Source: Patescibacteria group bacterium (lineage in GTDB: Bacteria; Patescibacteriota; JACPGU01). From it: 64,000 nt of DNA. The stretch is from the NCBI GenBank assembly GCA_028718745.1, contig JAQULF010000001.1:31666-95665 (forward strand), written 5' to 3'. Below the pieces are notes generated by a model that worked only from the letters and a program-made list of their open reading frames with translations, did no database searches and had not been told where the DNA came from. Shown here piece by piece: positions 28,999 through 38,217 of the stretch; the stretch's first letter is position 1; the number at the start of each line of letters is the position of its first letter. A program made the translations under genes and the position numbers.

Positions 28999-29431
28999 TG
29001 CTTCTGCCTCCAATAAAAAAGCGTTTCATGATTATACAATATCAGACACGCTTGAAGTAGGAATAAAACTAACCGGACCGGAAGTGAAATCAGTAAAAAG
29101 CGGTTCGTTATCGCTGAAAGAAAGTTTTGTCACGATTGAAAATGGAGAATTATGGATAAAAAACCTGCATATTTCACCCTACAAATTTGCGAATAATGTT
29201 GATTATAAGCCAACCAGAGATCGGAAATTATTAGCCAACAAAAAAGAAATCGCCTCCCTTTATGGAGCGACCAAAGAAAAAGGAATGACGATAGTTCCCA
29301 CAAAAACTTATCTCAAAAACGGTATAATTAAACTTGAGATCGGATTGGCAAAAAGCAAAAAGAAATGGGATAAGCGCGAGGATATAAAAAAGAGGGATTT
29401 AAACAAAGAATCCAAGAGAGGAATGATGTAA
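28988..29431 (+). CDS. smpB: SsrA-binding protein SmpB
   Basis: NKKAFHDY, GIKLTGPEVKSVK, PTRDRKLL, DKREDIKKRD. Confidence 0.96.
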   Translation: MKNSASASNKKAFHDYTISDTLEVGIKLTGPEVKSVKSGSLSLKESFVTIENGELWIKNLHISPYKFANNVDYKPTRDRKLLANKKEIASLYGATKEKGMTIVPTKTYLKNGIIKLEIGLAKSKKKWDKREDIKKRDLNKESKRGMM

Positions 29432-30246
29432 TCAAAAGGTGAATTCGGCAAAACCCAAAGACCCAAAAGAACCAAAACTATACCGGCAATAAGGTGTAGT
29501 TTTCTTATATTTCTCTGCTTCCAATGTTCGGTTTTGTCTACTCTCAAAAATCCTAAATATACACCTAACATAATTACTATCAATGGTAGAGAAAAGAGAA
29601 TATTGTAATACGCCAGAATCGGAAGAATCAAAAGCTTGCTGGTACTTTGGGATAAAACACCTAAGACAAAAACATAAGGTCCGCCGGTACAAGGTAGTTC
29701 AAAAGCGGTAACTAAAACACCGGTCAAAAACGCAACCGGAACAGTCGTAGCTTTGGCTAAAAGAAGCGACATTTTTGGTCTCCATTTTCTCGGAATTTCT
29801 ACAAGAAATCCGCCGCCGCCATACCAGAAATAATCCTTGATATTGAGTAATCCCATCACAGTTCCGAAGATACCCATTATCCAGTGAAATATGGTTGGGT
29901 TGATCCATGTATTGATTTTTAAAGCATAAAAAATACCTGCTCCGAAAAGGAAGTAAGTAATGTAAAGTCCGATGATAAAAGCCGATCCGACTTTCAAAAT
30001 CTTTTTTCGGTCGCCAAAAAACACGAGCGCGGATAAAACAAATAGGAGTACTGCAATAGCGCAAGGATTGATTGAGTCAACAAAAGCTGATGAGGTTATC
30101 AGCCAAAAAGTCGGTACCTTGGGCGCAAGACAATCTGTATTTTGAATCGTGCAAGTTCCCGCAGCCCAGGTAGCCGCTGGCGCGGCCAAAGAAAACAAAA
30201 AAACAAAAAAACAAAAAAACAAATTTTTCCAATTTATTTTCTTCAT
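29308..30246 (-). CDS. CcdA/DsbD-like disulfide-exchange membrane protein
   Basis: DSINPCA and ELPCTGGPY Cys motifs; multiple TM; 3' end overlaps smpB. Confidence 0.82.
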   Translation of the reverse strand: MKKINWKNLFFCFFVFLFSLAAPAATWAAGTCTIQNTDCLAPKVPTFWLITSSAFVDSINPCAIAVLLFVLSALVFFGDRKKILKVGSAFIIGLYITYFLFGAGIFYALKINTWINPTIFHWIMGIFGTVMGLLNIKDYFWYGGGGFLVEIPRKWRPKMSLLLAKATTVPVAFLTGVLVTAFELPCTGGPYVFVLGVLSQSTSKLLILPILAYYNILFSLPLIVIMLGVYLGFLRVDKTEHWKQRNIRKLHLIAGIVLVLLGLWVLPNSPFDYIIPLLDSLFKSLFFISSRLSHFFLLFANPISSLIIPFLR

Positions 30247-30374
30247 AAACAGATTTTATCATAAATAGCCAGATTTTCCAAGAACAAAAAGAAATCTCGG
30301 CTTGCCGAGATTTCTTTAAAATTGTTTTCTTACTTTCTTGTTTTCTTGCTTTATTGCTTTCTTGTTTTTTTGTC

Positions 30375-30932
30375 CTAAAACTGTACCTTTACCGCTTCTC
30401 TCTCCGCTGCTGCCGCTTCAAACATCAACTTGGGAGTTTTGAATCCTAGAATGCCGGCAACCAACATGGTTGGAAACACAGCAATTTTGATGTTAAATTC
30501 TCGAACATTGGCATTGTAGTATCTTCGAGAAACCTCAATCTTATCCTCGGTTTCGGTCAATTGAGTCTGAAGATCCAAGAAATTTTGATTCGCTTTCAAA
30601 TCAGGATAAGCTTCAGCTACGGCAAAAAGAGATTTCAAGGTGTTGGTTAGCATATTTTCCGCTTCCGCTCTATCAGCCGGAGTCTTGGCATTCATGGCTG
30701 CCGTTCTGGCCTTAGTAACTTCTTCAAAAACTCCTTTTTCATGAGCTGCATAGCCCTTGACTGTTTCAACCAAGTTTGGAATCAGGTCATATCTCCTTTT
30801 TGTCTGCACATCAATGTCGGCAAAAGCCTCATTGCAGCGGACATTTAAATTAACCAATCCGTTAAAAATAGCAATTATCCATAAAAGAATAATGGATCCA
30901 ACTACGATTAATCCAATTACTAGTGATGACAT
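30375..30932 (-). CDS. lemA: LemA family protein
   Basis: RRYDLIPNLVETVKGYA, AEAYPDLKANQNF, RRYYN. Confidence 0.95.
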   Translation of the reverse strand: MSSLVIGLIVVGSIILLWIIAIFNGLVNLNVRCNEAFADIDVQTKRRYDLIPNLVETVKGYAAHEKGVFEEVTKARTAAMNAKTPADRAEAENMLTNTLKSLFAVAEAYPDLKANQNFLDLQTQLTETEDKIEVSRRYYNANVREFNIKIAVFPTMLVAGILGFKTPKLMFEAAAAEREAVKVQF

Positions 30933-31073
30933 TTTTTCCCTTTCTAACCCGGCGAATGCCGGGTAAAAAATTTTAGATTATTTATATGACTTAATTTTCT
31001 CCATTCTAGCATAGTTTCATTTTTCTAGCTACTATTTTTGTTTAGAAAGTGATAAAATGAAAAACACCACGCA

Positions 31074-31172
31074 TTGTCATTCCGGTGCTTCTGATGTAAT
31101 CATCAGAAAAACCGGAATCCAGGCCTGGATCCTTGATTTACTGTTGAGTACAACAGTGCTCAAGGATGACAA
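31074..31172. repeat. TGTCAT-family palindromic MITE-like element
   Basis: TTGTCATTCC...GGATGACAA termini with two internal hairpins. Confidence 0.85.
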
Positions 31173-31212
31173 CTCGGAAGATAATCGCAAAAAAATATTT
31201 TAATTTAAAACT

Positions 31213-32964
31213 ATGAAAAAAATCCTTTCCTCAATCTTCTTGCTTTCTTGCTTTCTTGCTTTCTTGCTTTCTTGTCCCCCCGCTTCCGCCCGAACCCCCG
31301 ATCAAATTTACGATGATTATGTCCAAGATCTAACAACCGATATTATTGTAAACCAAGACTCTTCCTTAGATATTACCGAAAATATAACCTGGGACTTTGC
31401 CGATATTCCTGATAAACACGGTATTTTTCGAATGTTGCCTACTTTTTATCAGAAAACGAACAGTGAAAAGGTAAAAATACCCATCGAAAATATTAGCGTT
31501 ACCGACCTTAATAATAATCCCATACCATATAGTGAATCGACCAGTTCCGGTATCTTGAGCTTGAAAATCGGCGATGCAGACAAGACTGTCAGTGGGATTG
31601 TGAACTATGTTATTAAGTATAGATATAAGAATACTATCCGTTTCGACAATCAAAATTTTGATGAATTTTACTGGAATCTTAATGGTAATTTTTGGGAAAA
31701 GGAAATTGATAAATTTACCGCCAACATCACTTTTCCATCAGGAATCACAAAAAATAATGTAATTGAAATTAATAAATATGACGGTAGTTTTGGGTCTAAA
31801 AGTAATGTTTTATCAGACTATAAGTGGATCGCTGACAATACTATTCAGGTGACCAGCCAAAAAACTCTGTTGCCAAAAGAGGGCATTACTCTCTCGGTTA
31901 CTTTTCCAAAAAATATCATTTCTCCACCTGTTTTATCGTTTTGGGAAAAATACGGCGATCTGATTCTCGGGCTACTTCTTTTGGCACTGCCTATTCTAGT
32001 CTTTTTAATCTGCTTCACACTGTGGTGGAAATACGGCCGTGATATTGGCCCGGGCCGTGCCGTCGCACCTGAATTTGAAATTCCGGACGATATGAATCCG
32101 ATGGAAATGAGTGTTTTTTTAAGTAACGGCAGTCTTAAGTCCAGCGCTATCTCGGCTGCCATTGTGAACTTAGCAGTTAGGGGGTATTTGAAAATTGAAG
32201 CTGTACCAAAACAGGGAATATTTTCATCTGCTGATACCAAATTGATAAAATTGAACAAAGCGACCGAGAAATTGACTGATGCGGAAAAAAATCTATTAAA
32301 TTATCTCTTGGGAAGTAGCAATGAAGTAAAAATTTCAGACCTAAAAAATCAATTCTATAAATATATTCCAAAACTTAAGGAGACTTGTTTTAATAAACTA
32401 TCCGATCAAAAGATGTTCGAAAAGAAAGGGTTTGGCATTCAGTCAACTATGCTTGTCATCGGCGCTCTCGGGATAGGAGGATTATTTTTCGCCCCAGCCA
32501 TAATCTCTACTCCGATTTTTTATGTGATTTCCATAGTTTCAATTGCCATTATCTTTATCTTTGCCGCTTTGATGCCTAAAAGAAGTCCTGAAGGTGAAGA
32601 CCTGCTGTGGAGAATCAAAGGGTTTAAGATGTACATGATGACAGCCGAAAAATACCGCCAGAAATTTATTGAAAAGGAAGGTCTTTTTGAAAAGTTTCTG
32701 CCTTATGCTATGCTCTTTGGCATTACCGGTCTTTGGATTAGCAAGATGAAAGAAATTTACGGAGAAGAGTATTTTAATACTTATCATCCGATCTGGTATA
32801 CAGGATATATTGGGAATTTTAATATCGATAATTTCAGCAGTCAGCTTTCGGCCGTATCAAGCTCTATGTCCTCAACCATGAGCTCATCTCCTTCTTCTTC
32901 CGGTTCCGGAGGGGGAGGCTTTTCCGGTGGTGGTGGTGGCGGTGGCGGTGGCGGAAGCTGGTAA
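31213..32964 (+). CDS. DUF2207 domain membrane protein
   Basis: Signal peptide, KHGIFR, EFYWN, FEKFLPYAMLFG, Gly/Ser-rich C-terminus GGGGGSW. Confidence 0.92.
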   Translation: MKKILSSIFLLSCFLAFLLSCPPASARTPDQIYDDYVQDLTTDIIVNQDSSLDITENITWDFADIPDKHGIFRMLPTFYQKTNSEKVKIPIENISVTDLNNNPIPYSESTSSGILSLKIGDADKTVSGIVNYVIKYRYKNTIRFDNQNFDEFYWNLNGNFWEKEIDKFTANITFPSGITKNNVIEINKYDGSFGSKSNVLSDYKWIADNTIQVTSQKTLLPKEGITLSVTFPKNIISPPVLSFWEKYGDLILGLLLLALPILVFLICFTLWWKYGRDIGPGRAVAPEFEIPDDMNPMEMSVFLSNGSLKSSAISAAIVNLAVRGYLKIEAVPKQGIFSSADTKLIKLNKATEKLTDAEKNLLNYLLGSSNEVKISDLKNQFYKYIPKLKETCFNKLSDQKMFEKKGFGIQSTMLVIGALGIGGLFFAPAIISTPIFYVISIVSIAIIFIFAALMPKRSPEGEDLLWRIKGFKMYMMTAEKYRQKFIEKEGLFEKFLPYAMLFGITGLWISKMKEIYGEEYFNTYHPIWYTGYIGNFNIDNFSSQLSAVSSSMSSTMSSSPSSSGSGGGGFSGGGGGGGGGGSW

Positions 32965-32992
32965 TTTACACTGTCAAACAATAAAAACAAAA

Positions 32993-33730
32993 ATGCTATT
33001 TCTCAAAGATCCCTCGAGAATACTCGGGACAAACAAAACCAAACTCTATTGTTTCAGTCCGGCCGTTATGCTGGCGACTTTTGTTATCGAAATGCTTCTG
33101 GCTGTCTATACATATTTTCGCTATAAATCGACTTTTTTCAGCCATTTAACCGTAGTTTTGATTATTCTGCTCTCCGGTTTTCAATTGGCTGAATATCAAA
33201 TCTGTGGGGGAAGGGATGCTTTGCTTTGGGCTAGAATCGGTTTTGTTATTGTTACTCTCCTACCAGTATTAGGACTGCATTTAATTTCTTTAATTACCAA
33301 TAAACTAAGCTATTTGAAACTCGGCTATATTGCTATGGCGCTTTTTGTTTTTATTTTCGCGCTAATCCCGGGTTCGCTAACGAATGCTACTTGCGGAGGA
33401 AATTATATAATTTTTAACAGCCAATCCAATCTAATGTGGCTTTATGGTTTTTATTATTTCGGATTCTTGTTCTTGGGTCTCTGGGAGGCCTTTGACTATT
33501 TGCAAAAAAAGAAGAGCGAAGCTCTAGAATGGATTATGATCGGCTACATTTCTTTTATGCTGCCAATGGGATTGGTCTATATTATTTCCCCATCTGTCCG
33601 TTCGGCCGTTCCATCGGTAATGTGTGGATTTGCTATAATTTTAGCTTTAATTTTAGCTCTAAAAGTAGTGCCGGAATATAATAAGGAAAATAAAAAATTA
33701 AAGATAAAAAATAAAAAACCAAGAGAATAA
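32993..33730 (+). CDS. 7-TM membrane protein
   Basis: CFSPAVMLATF, FQLAEY, SVMCGFA; start ATG 32993. Confidence 0.8.
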   Translation: MLFLKDPSRILGTNKTKLYCFSPAVMLATFVIEMLLAVYTYFRYKSTFFSHLTVVLIILLSGFQLAEYQICGGRDALLWARIGFVIVTLLPVLGLHLISLITNKLSYLKLGYIAMALFVFIFALIPGSLTNATCGGNYIIFNSQSNLMWLYGFYYFGFLFLGLWEAFDYLQKKKSEALEWIMIGYISFMLPMGLVYIISPSVRSAVPSVMCGFAIILALILALKVVPEYNKENKKLKIKNKKPRE

Positions 33731-33955
33731 ATGTGTTTCTAATATCTCTTTTAAATATTTCTGTAATTTTTATACTCTTCTCTATAAATTTTCTTTAATT
33801 TTCCCTGAATAGAGCAGGTTCTGGCATGCGAACAAATTCCCATATAAGACATTATTGTCTGATGAAAGGTTTTGAGGCACGCCCGTAAGCGCGCCTTCAT
33901 TAGCCAAAATAATTATCGCATAAAAAACTTGATTAGCAAGAAAAAACATTGAAAA

Positions 33956-33975
33956 GGCGGCCCCGAAGGGCCGCC
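33956..33975 (-). terminator. GC hairpin with UUCG loop and U-tract
   Basis: Minus strand GGCGGCCC-TTCG-GGGCCGCC-TTTT. Confidence 0.75.
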
Positions 33976-34006
33976 GAAAAGTTTCAAAGAAACGAATTTC
34001 AAAGTT

Positions 34007-35017
34007 TCATGCTGCTGTAGCAGCGGGAAACCAGCGGAAGGAGAAACGCTGCGTACCTTCCGCGGAATGGCTAGGACGAGCTCCGCCGACACGGATTCCG
34101 CTGGCATCGGAGCCACCGAAAAAGATCGGGTTGCCATCACGAGAAAGCGCGCGCGTCCAGCTCCAGAGATTTTCGAAGATGTTTTGACCTATCTGTTCGC
34201 GAGTGGCTGCGGAAAAGAGCAACCCTACGGCGGGAGAGGGCGAGCAGAACATCTGGTTTATTTTAAGGCCTGCCAGAATTATGGCGCCTTCTTGCCACTC
34301 GTTCCCTTCGATGAGAAAATTAATTCTGTTGTATTTCGCCTTGTTGAATTCCCGAACCGCTTCTTTGACTTCCATCGGCAGCACTGTCTCTTTATAAATC
34401 TGATTGCAGATGAAATCGCGGTGCATCTGAGTGTGCCGAAGAAAATTTTCTCCACCTGTGTTGGGGATGGGTTGAAGAGAATGCATCATCCAACCGGATT
34501 GTATGGGATCGGTAAAGAAGCTTTCTTTGCCTCCTCCATACCGGTCGGTATCGTAGAGCACCTTGCCCCAGCGTCTTCCTCCATACCGGAGTATGAGCTT
34601 TTCGTAAATCTCCTTCATTGACATGCCGCCCGGCCAGTAAATGAAGAAGTGCGGAAACACCGAATCGACATATCTCTGGAACTCCCATCTTCGGATCATA
34701 ATCGGCGGGAATTTATTGATCCCAATGCCGAAAAGATCACTGATGGTTTCCTTCGTCGCGATGAGCTGATAGCGCCTTTTCCCTGCGATTTCCAGCATCT
34801 CCTTGTAAGGAATCGCAATGGGCGGATCATAGTCAACTATGATTGGCGGCTTCGTTTTTATTGAACCAACTGCCGGATGACCAAACGCTTTCAGAACCTT
34901 CCGCCCGGCCACTATGTCATTAAAATCCTTGCGTGACAACTGGTCCCCTACCATCGCCACGAAATCCGAGAGCTTTTTGTACAGTACCTCCGATATCCAA
35001 TCTTTCTTTTCAGACAT
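34007..35017 (-). CDS. Hypothetical protein with a possible CLec/FGE-like C-terminus
   Basis: GAGGAG SD before ATG 35017; C-terminal WSWT...FFGG..G..V....P....RFSFR. Confidence 0.75.
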   Translation of the reverse strand: MSEKKDWISEVLYKKLSDFVAMVGDQLSRKDFNDIVAGRKVLKAFGHPAVGSIKTKPPIIVDYDPPIAIPYKEMLEIAGKRRYQLIATKETISDLFGIGINKFPPIMIRRWEFQRYVDSVFPHFFIYWPGGMSMKEIYEKLILRYGGRRWGKVLYDTDRYGGGKESFFTDPIQSGWMMHSLQPIPNTGGENFLRHTQMHRDFICNQIYKETVLPMEVKEAVREFNKAKYNRINFLIEGNEWQEGAIILAGLKINQMFCSPSPAVGLLFSAATREQIGQNIFENLWSWTRALSRDGNPIFFGGSDASGIRVGGARPSHSAEGTQRFSFRWFPAATAA

Positions 35018-35258
35018 AACAACTCCTCTCCCGCTTTCGGCGAGTAGCCCTATCATGTCCGGGCTTTGGACACATTTGCCGCCTTTCGGGCGGTTGACCT
35101 TAGCTTTCAGATTTCAAGGTGCAATTTTATTCTATATTATTCTGGCTTATTTTTCAACATTTCTTGTTATAGCTAAAAAAAATAAATCCCTTGACGATTT
35201 TTTTATAAGATATATAATTAAAACTATACTGAATATATTACCAATAACCGTACGCTAT

Positions 35259-35540
35259 ATGTTACCAAATATAGTAACCACCTCCCAACTTCGCCAGAAT
35301 CTTTCCGCCTTTCTAACGCTGGCCGGAAACAACCTTGTGATTGTTAAAAGCAAAGAGTCAAACAAAGTGATCATGGATGAAAAAGAATATAATCGCCTTT
35401 CGTCTCTAGCCAATCAATTTATAAATGAAGATCCCGAAGGAAAATACCGTCCTTCATTTGAAAAAGAAATTCTAAAAAGATCTCGTGATGGTGATATTGA
35501 TAAAAGAGTCAAATCTCTTAAAGCTCTATGCACAAAGTAA
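35259..35540 (+). CDS. Phd/YefM-type antitoxin
   Basis: IVTTSQLRQNLS..VIV....VIMDEKEYNRL; overlaps the toxin start. Confidence 0.8.
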   Translation: MLPNIVTTSQLRQNLSAFLTLAGNNLVIVKSKESNKVIMDEKEYNRLSSLANQFINEDPEGKYRPSFEKEILKRSRDGDIDKRVKSLKALCTK

Positions 35541-35797
35541 CCATTCAATATCATAAAAAGTTTGTAAAAGAGTTTCAAAAACTGCCAAAAGAAATTCAAG
35601 AAAAAGCGGTTTTGTTGGAAAATATTTTTTGCGCCAATCCATATCATCCGGAGCTAAAAACAAAAAAGCTGCAAGGTAAATTGCAGTTATTTTATTCTTT
35701 TCGCATCACAAGGGACTATCGAATTATTTTTGAATTTATAGATCCGGCAACAACGCTCTTTCTCGCCGCCAAACATAGAAAAGACATCTATAAATGA
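35528..35797 (+). CDS. RelE-family toxin
   Basis: FVKEFQKLP..LKTKKLQG..SFRITRDYRIIF..HRKDIY. Confidence 0.88.
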   Translation: MHKVTIQYHKKFVKEFQKLPKEIQEKAVLLENIFCANPYHPELKTKKLQGKLQLFYSFRITRDYRIIFEFIDPATTLFLAAKHRKDIYK

Positions 35798-35803
35798 GAA
35801 AAA

Positions 35804-36529
35804 TTAAGTTAGTCGCGTTACAATAAATATAAAAATCATTCCAAGCATTGTTAGTCCGATTAGTTTGTAGGAACTGTGTTTGCTGTGAGCCTCGGGCAGC
35901 AGATCGGCTGCTCCTATATATAGAAGGAATCCGGCAAAAAAGCCTAGATAAAGCGTTAAAATACTATTCGGAATAACAAACAGAAATGTTAGAGCGACTC
36001 CTACAATGGGGGTAACCGCATCCAATAAAAGCATCCAAAAGGCCTTTCTTTTGGTATTTTTATGCACTAGCATTAAACTAACTGTGTTTAGTCCATCGGA
36101 AAAATCATGAGCGAGAACCGCCAGAGTAACTAACAATCCGATGCGGTAATCAACATGGAAAGCCAGACCGATTCCAATGCCGTCGAGCAGACTGTGAAAA
36201 GCCAGCCCCAAAGCGCTGATTAATCCAACCGTCGGATGCTTGTGCTCGGCGTATTCCTCTTCGTGAGAATGGTGAATCAAAGCGTATTTTTCCAAAATAT
36301 GAATGGCCAGAAATCCTAATACCAAGGCGATCATGGGCAAAGTAATGCTCAATCCATTGACAGTCGTTAAATTAAAAATCTCGGGAATAATATCAAAGAA
36401 AACCACCGCCACTAAAACCCCGGCCGTAAAACTGATAATATAGTGCAATTTATCATGATAGCGAATGCCAAAAAGCCCTCCCAAGAGGGTTGAAAAAAAC
36501 GCGCAAATTGCAAAAATAAGAGCGGACAT
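35804..36529 (-). CDS. ZIP family metal transporter
   Basis: FTAGV, HSLLDGIGIG, HDFSDG, LLPEAH. Confidence 0.92.
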   Translation of the reverse strand: MSALIFAICAFFSTLLGGLFGIRYHDKLHYIISFTAGVLVAVVFFDIIPEIFNLTTVNGLSITLPMIALVLGFLAIHILEKYALIHHSHEEEYAEHKHPTVGLISALGLAFHSLLDGIGIGLAFHVDYRIGLLVTLAVLAHDFSDGLNTVSLMLVHKNTKRKAFWMLLLDAVTPIVGVALTFLFVIPNSILTLYLGFFAGFLLYIGAADLLPEAHSKHSSYKLIGLTMLGMIFIFIVTRLT

Positions 36530-36637
36530 AAATGTTTTGTTAATACTAACATTAATTATAACACAACTTAATTGGATGTAAAAAGTTCAAGCTCCCTTCC
36601 GGGAGCTTGGTGTAATGTGACATGGCGCAGATATAAC

Positions 36638-37024
36638 TTATGACGCCGTGGCCGGTTGGGGAGCGTTGATCAGCTCGATGAGCTGTGCAATCCCTTCCTG
36701 TGTTTCAGGGAGGATGGTTACTCCGTCAGAGGAGGTGACATCCTCCGGACGGGAAGCGAAAATCACTGCTTCCATGCCCCTAAAGTGCCCGACGATGTCC
36801 TTTGCTTCTTTCAGCATGCTGGCCGAGAAGTAGATGACGAAGTTGCGCTGCAAGTCCTGGCCTCTGGAGCAGGCATCCCTCGCAGACCTCATGGAGTCCG
36901 TAACGAAAGTTCCGTGACCCGCCTGCTTGAGAGCTTGATCCACAAACTTCCAGAACGGTTGAGACATGGAGGTGGGACTCAAAATCCCAACACCATCATG
37001 ACAGATAACCACATTTTCTTTCAT
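36638..37024 (-). CDS. Hypothetical protein, possibly a degenerate receiver-like fold
   Basis: AAGGAG SD; 128 aa with an alternating beta/alpha pattern. Confidence 0.6.
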   Translation of the reverse strand: MKENVVICHDGVGILSPTSMSQPFWKFVDQALKQAGHGTFVTDSMRSARDACSRGQDLQRNFVIYFSASMLKEAKDIVGHFRGMEAVIFASRPEDVTSSDGVTILPETQEGIAQLIELINAPQPATAS

Positions 37025-37105
37025 ACATGGAATCTCCTTCGCTTTTTGTGAAAACTATTCTTGCGGTACACAAATAATAGCCTAGATAAGATATTTTATC
37101 AAGAG

Positions 37106-37348
37106 TTATTTAGTGATCAATTCTTCTTTGACCTTCTTGCTCATCTTCTTTATCTCAATCTCCCGTTTCAACGCTCCTGATCTTGTTTTAAATTTTTCTT
37201 GATAGACAATTTTTATCGGCTTATTTCTCTGCGTATATTTGGCGCCTTTCCCCTCGCAGTGCAGCAAAAATCGCTTCTCAACATCAACAGCAATACCCGT
37301 ATAGAGCTTATTGTTTTTGCAAAGAAGAATGTAGAGAGAGTAGGACAT
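37106..37348 (-). CDS. Small GIY-YIG endonuclease (UPF0213-like)
   Basis: LYILLC..LYTG..KRF..H..GKGAKYT..ALKREIEIK. Confidence 0.92.
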   Translation of the reverse strand: MSYSLYILLCKNNKLYTGIAVDVEKRFLLHCEGKGAKYTQRNKPIKIVYQEKFKTRSGALKREIEIKKMSKKVKEELITK

Positions 37349-37370
37349 TTAATAATTCTAATACATTTAA

Positions 37371-37753
37371 TGGACCTGGAGGGAATCGGACCCTCGTGCA
37401 AAAAGTTAAAAAAGCAGCCTCTACAAGTTTAGTTCCGGTTGGTATTTTGGACAGAAGTAACTTGTCCCGCCAAAGGCGGGAAACCGAAACAAAATAATTC
37501 TATCCTATCCTTAATAGTCTTAACCCCGCCTACCAAGGAATACCTGGGCGGGGAGCAGCCCAATAAGTTGACACCGCATTCATATCCTTGGGCGAAATAT
37601 GGTGCGATGCCTGCTTGTCGTTTTTTAGGCGAAAGCAGGGGCAAAATTTGTTTTGCCTTGTGTTGTTGTTTGATTAGTTTTAAGAGTTTACAAACATCAC
37701 TCTACTTGCATCCGCTTTTTTAAGGATCTTTTTGGCGATACCAATGCAGGCCC
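37371..37753 (-). ncRNA. ssrA: tmRNA
   Basis: 5' GGGCCTG pairs with 3' CAGGTCC-A, giving G3.U70; T-arm GAGGG-TCCGATT-CCCTC; tag ORF ending GKTNFAPAFA-stop. Confidence 0.92.
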
Positions 37754-37937
37754 CTATAAATATTATAGCATATTTTAGAGAAAAAGTAAGCAGTTTTGTT
37801 ATGTTTATTTATGATATGAAATATAAATTTGACTTTATCTCGATTTATTGTATATTATAGTCATACTGATTAATATTAGTAACTTTAATGATATTAATAA
37901 AATTAAAAGGAGGCTCGCCGAAGAGGCGAGATAAAAA

Positions 37938-38144
37938 ATGAAAAAAATGAATGTGGTAGATTGGGTAGCTTTTGTGCTAGTGATCATCGGCGCTCTTAAC
38001 TGGGGATTGGTTGGATTTTTCCAATACAACCTGGTTGATTCCATTTTTGGTATGAGCGGAATGGTCGTAAGAATTATTTATGCCCTTGTTGGCTTGGCAG
38101 CGATTTGGATGATCGGTTCTGCCGCTATGATGAAAAAGGAGTAA
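37938..38144 (+). CDS. DUF378 family membrane protein
   Basis: LVIIGALNWGLVG..NLV..RIIYALVGLAA. Confidence 0.93.
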   Translation: MKKMNVVDWVAFVLVIIGALNWGLVGFFQYNLVDSIFGMSGMVVRIIYALVGLAAIWMIGSAAMMKKE

Positions 38145-38217
38145 TTGAAAATGTTTTAATAAAAAAATAGTTCTCCAATGGAGGACTATTTTTTATTAAA
38201 ACAAATGTTCATAATTT

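Noticed and set aside
33846-33910. Hammerhead ribozyme (CTGATGA after a short stem)
   Set aside because: No GAAA after a stem II and no valid NUH cleavage triplet
34067-34621. Long antisense ORFs (also 26747-27355, 43859-44395, 14620-15015)
   Set aside because: Shadow frames of GC-richer genes, with no SD or recognisable motifs
33900-35100. Complete diversity-generating retroelement
   Set aside because: No reverse transcriptase, avd gene or A-mismatched repeat pair seen in the window
37429-37723. ORFs overlapping tmRNA and tRNA-Ser (15252-15437)
   Set aside because: Explained by the RNA genes
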